Shown here: positions 61,138 to 64,000 of the stretch, piece after piece
Layout: every line of letters begins with the position of its first letter
Numbering within the stretch: position 1 is the first letter of the stretch
Source: Arcobacteraceae bacterium
Lineage (GTDB): Bacteria; Campylobacterota; Campylobacteria; Campylobacterales; Arcobacteraceae
DNA length: 64,000 nucleotides
Assembly: GCA_048268245.1 (NCBI GenBank)
Contig: JBLWVX010000006.1
Location: 1 to 64,000 of the forward strand
Direction of reading: 5' to 3'
Position numbers and translations under genes: made by a program
Notes under the pieces: generated by a model
The model's input: only the letters and a program-made list of their open reading frames with translations
Databases searched by the model: none
What the model was told of the DNA's origin: nothing

Positions 61138-62232
61138 ATGAACTATTTAGAAGATCTTAAAAAAATAGTAAAAATCAATTCATATACTGCAAATAAAGAT
61201 GGTGTAGATGAAGTTGGCTTACAAATGACACAATGGCTTGAAAATATAGGCTACTCTACAACTAAATATAAAAGAGAACTTATTGGAGATCATCTTTTAT
61301 TTAAATCAAACAAAAAAAATGGAAAGAAAATATTATTATTAGGTCATAATGATACTGTGTTTCCAAAAAATTATTTTGAAGATTATACAGAAGATGAAAA
61401 ATGGATTTATGGTCCTGGTGTTTGCGATATGAAGGGTGGAAATATTGTAGCACTAGAAGCTCTTAGAAATCTTTATAAAAAATATGGTCAAATTAATAAT
61501 ATTGATTTTTTACTAGTAAGTGATGAAGAAACTGGAAGTGATGATTCTAAAGATGTTACTTCTAGTTTAGCAAAAAATTATGATTATTGTTTTGTTTTTG
61601 AAGCTGCAGGTAAAAATTTAGAAGTAGTAACTTCACGAAAAGGTGTTGGAAGATATATTGTTAAAATAGAAGGAAAAGCAGCTCATGCAGGTACTTCTTA
61701 TGAAAAAGGAATAAATGCAAACCTTGAAGGAGCAATTAAACTACAAAAATATAGTCAATTACTTGATTTAGATAAAGGTACTATTGTAAATGTAGGAAAA
61801 TGTGAAGGTGGAATAGGAATAAATACAGTATCTCCTTTTTTTGAAATGATGTTTGAATTTAGATTTGATAAAAAAAGTGAAAAACAAAGAGTAATGAGTT
61901 GTGTTGAGGAAATATCTAATACTAGTTTTGTTGAAGGTTCAATTTGTCATCTTGATGGAATAATTCAAAGAGATGTTATGGAAGAGAATCAAAAACAATT
62001 AGAGTATCTTAATTTTTTAGAAAAACTTACAAATCAAAAAATTCCTAAAGAACACAGAGGTGGAGTTAGTGATGCTAATATTGTTTCAAATTGTGGAACA
62101 ATTACTATTGATGGTTTCGGTCCTTATGGTGATGGGGATCACACTTTAAAAGAAAGAGCACTTAAGAGTTCTTTTGAACAACGAATACAAATGATGACAA
62201 AAATTTTAGATTATTATCAAAATAGCAATTAA
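61138..62232 (+). CDS. M20 family metallopeptidase, carboxypeptidase G2-like
   Basis: GHNDTV, GPGVCDMKGG, SDEETGS, FEAA, AHAG, GDH; no signal peptide. Confidence 0.9.
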   Translation: MNYLEDLKKIVKINSYTANKDGVDEVGLQMTQWLENIGYSTTKYKRELIGDHLLFKSNKKNGKKILLLGHNDTVFPKNYFEDYTEDEKWIYGPGVCDMKGGNIVALEALRNLYKKYGQINNIDFLLVSDEETGSDDSKDVTSSLAKNYDYCFVFEAAGKNLEVVTSRKGVGRYIVKIEGKAAHAGTSYEKGINANLEGAIKLQKYSQLLDLDKGTIVNVGKCEGGIGINTVSPFFEMMFEFRFDKKSEKQRVMSCVEEISNTSFVEGSICHLDGIIQRDVMEENQKQLEYLNFLEKLTNQKIPKEHRGGVSDANIVSNCGTITIDGFGPYGDGDHTLKERALKSSFEQRIQMMTKILDYYQNSN

Positions 62233-62254
62233 AATTATTTATAGAAGGGATAGT

Positions 62255-63157
62255 ATGGGCAATAGACAAATTGGTATGTGGTTATATCAAAATGGTGGTG
62301 GAGATAAAATCCAAGAAAAATTAATTAAACAATTAAAACAAAGAGATATTGATGTACTTGCTAATATAAATTTAAGAGATGCAATTGCAAAAAATGGGCA
62401 TATCTTATACAAGGATATTAAACTTGATAAATTAGATTTGTTCTTTTCTTATAATGCAGGAGAGCAAACACAATATCAAATGTATTTGTATAAAGCATTA
62501 AATCATGTAATACCAATGATTAATTCTTATGATGCTTTTGAATTAACAGAAGATAAATTTCAAACATCTTTTCTTTTAAGGCACAACAAAATACAAACAG
62601 CTGATTATAAACTTTGTCATAGGGATGATACTCATCATCTTCAAGAAATAATGGAAAAGTGGACTAAGATGGTTTATAAACCAACTGATGGTTGGGGTGG
62701 AGTTGGTCTTACAAAAATAGAGAACCAAGAGACATTAGATATGTTAATTCCTTTTTTAAATCAGATGGATTTGAGATATTTTTATGTAGAAAAATTTATA
62801 GACTATGATAATACTGATTACAGAATTGATATTGTTGATGGACAGTTTGTTGGTTGTTATGGAAGAAAAGCAAGAGAAGGAAGCTGGAAAACAAATGTTA
62901 CTAGTGGAGGAAGTGTTTTTCCTAGAGAGGTAAATGATGAGGTAATCAATTTGGCACTAAAAGCTGTTAAAGTTACAGGACTTGATATTGCAGGAGTTGA
63001 TATTATTTATGATAGAAAAAAAGAAGAGTATATAGTTTTAGAAGTAAATGGAATTCCTGCTTTTGCAACACCAGAACAAGAAAAACTTGGACTTGATTTT
63101 AACGATAAAAAAATAGAATTAATAGCAAATTTAATTGATAAAAAAACAAAAAAATAA
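62255..63157 (+). CDS. RimK/LysX-like ATP-grasp ligase
   Basis: INS..A....DK, KPTDGWGGVG, EKFI, DYR, WKTNVTSGG, GVDI, LEVNGIP. Confidence 0.88.
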   Translation: MGNRQIGMWLYQNGGGDKIQEKLIKQLKQRDIDVLANINLRDAIAKNGHILYKDIKLDKLDLFFSYNAGEQTQYQMYLYKALNHVIPMINSYDAFELTEDKFQTSFLLRHNKIQTADYKLCHRDDTHHLQEIMEKWTKMVYKPTDGWGGVGLTKIENQETLDMLIPFLNQMDLRYFYVEKFIDYDNTDYRIDIVDGQFVGCYGRKAREGSWKTNVTSGGSVFPREVNDEVINLALKAVKVTGLDIAGVDIIYDRKKEEYIVLEVNGIPAFATPEQEKLGLDFNDKKIELIANLIDKKTKK

Positions 63158-63169
63158 GGGGAGAAAATA

Positions 63170-64000
63170 ATGGAAAAATTACCAAAGTTAGGATTTTTAT
63201 ATCTTGATTATGTTTTAAGATTCTTTGATCATTCAAATTTCAAAGGTTGGCCTGATAAAATAGAAGAAGTTGTTTATCATTGGAAAAATGATAAAGAAAG
63301 GTTTATAAAAGAGGTTAAAAGTAAAAAGATTGATATCTTAATTGGTAATATTCCAGCAACTGCTTATGATACATTTGTAGAAATATCTAAAGAGTTACCT
63401 CATGTTAGGTTTGTTCCTTCACTACAAACACAATTTTCAAATAAATCAAAAGAAAATGTAACTTTATTTTGTGAAAAAAACAATCTTAGTATCCCTAAAA
63501 CAAAGATTTTTTATGATAAGAAAAAAGGTTTTGAATATTTAAAAAACAAAGCCTCTTATCCTCAAATTATAAAAAGATCTTATGGACCATCTAATTATGG
63601 TGGATATTATGTACATAAAGCTGATAATTATAATGAAGCAAAGAAATTATTAGAAAATAAGAAATATAATCCTATTTATACACAAAATGCAATTGATTTA
63701 AAATATTCAGGGGATTTAAGAGTTATGTTAATTGGACATAAACCTATTTGTGCTTTCTGGAGATTTTCTGGTGATGGAGAGTGGATTACAAACACTTCGC
63801 AGGGTGGTACAATGTCATATGAAAATGTACCGATGAATGCTTTAGAGTTAGCAGTAGAAGCTAGTAAAGCTGCTAAAGCTGAGTATTGGGCTTGTGATAT
63901 TGCCATTTGTGCTAAAACTGATAAACCATATATTTTAGAGTGTGCGACTGCATTTGCAGCCTTTCCTTATATTAGAGATTGGATTGGGCAATATTTAATG
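63170..64000 (+). CDS. Second, divergent ATP-grasp protein (partial, runs off the window end; not in ORF track)
   Basis: AAGGGGAG RBS; open to the window end: MEKLPKLGFLYLDY...YPQIIKRSYGPSNYGG...GDLRV...WITNTSQGG...ACDI...ILEC. Confidence 0.85.
   Translation, partial: MEKLPKLGFLYLDYVLRFFDHSNFKGWPDKIEEVVYHWKNDKERFIKEVKSKKIDILIGNIPATAYDTFVEISKELPHVRFVPSLQTQFSNKSKENVTLFCEKNNLSIPKTKIFYDKKKGFEYLKNKASYPQIIKRSYGPSNYGGYYVHKADNYNEAKKLLENKKYNPIYTQNAIDLKYSGDLRVMLIGHKPICAFWRFSGDGEWITNTSQGGTMSYENVPMNALELAVEASKAAKAEYWACDIAICAKTDKPYILECATAFAAFPYIRDWIGQYLM

Overview
Very AT-rich chromosomal window from a Campylobacterota bacterium. Arcobacteraceae is the best fit, inferred from XerH, the rppH-lysC-hobA-holB-folP, tyrA-bamA-mqnC and mobB-fbp-metG gene orders, and abundant GGDEF/EAL and two-component genes. 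Most of it is core housekeeping DNA: amino-acid, heme, riboflavin and menaquinone genes, aminoacyl-tRNA synthetases, polA, an oadG-oadA-oadB-pckA cluster and four tRNAs. I saw no IS element, prophage structural genes, rRNA or CRISPR array. Points worth a second look: (1) an M20 carboxypeptidase plus two tandem ATP-grasp ligases with their own promoter at the right edge, possibly an uncharacterised peptide-ligation/hydrolysis system; (2) a full-length GluRS2 ORF that has lost its HIGH and KMSKS motifs; (3) a split class III ribonucleotide reductase whose glycyl-radical motif is on a separate 54-aa ORF missing from the ORF track; (4) a difH-like palindrome overlapping the xerH promoter; (5) an orphan CI/LexA-like repressor with a palindrome inside its own promoter and a divergent 31-aa ORF; (6) several unlisted small ORFs and 11-bp-spaced direct repeats in promoters. 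All functional calls come from motif recognition by eye; no database searches were run.
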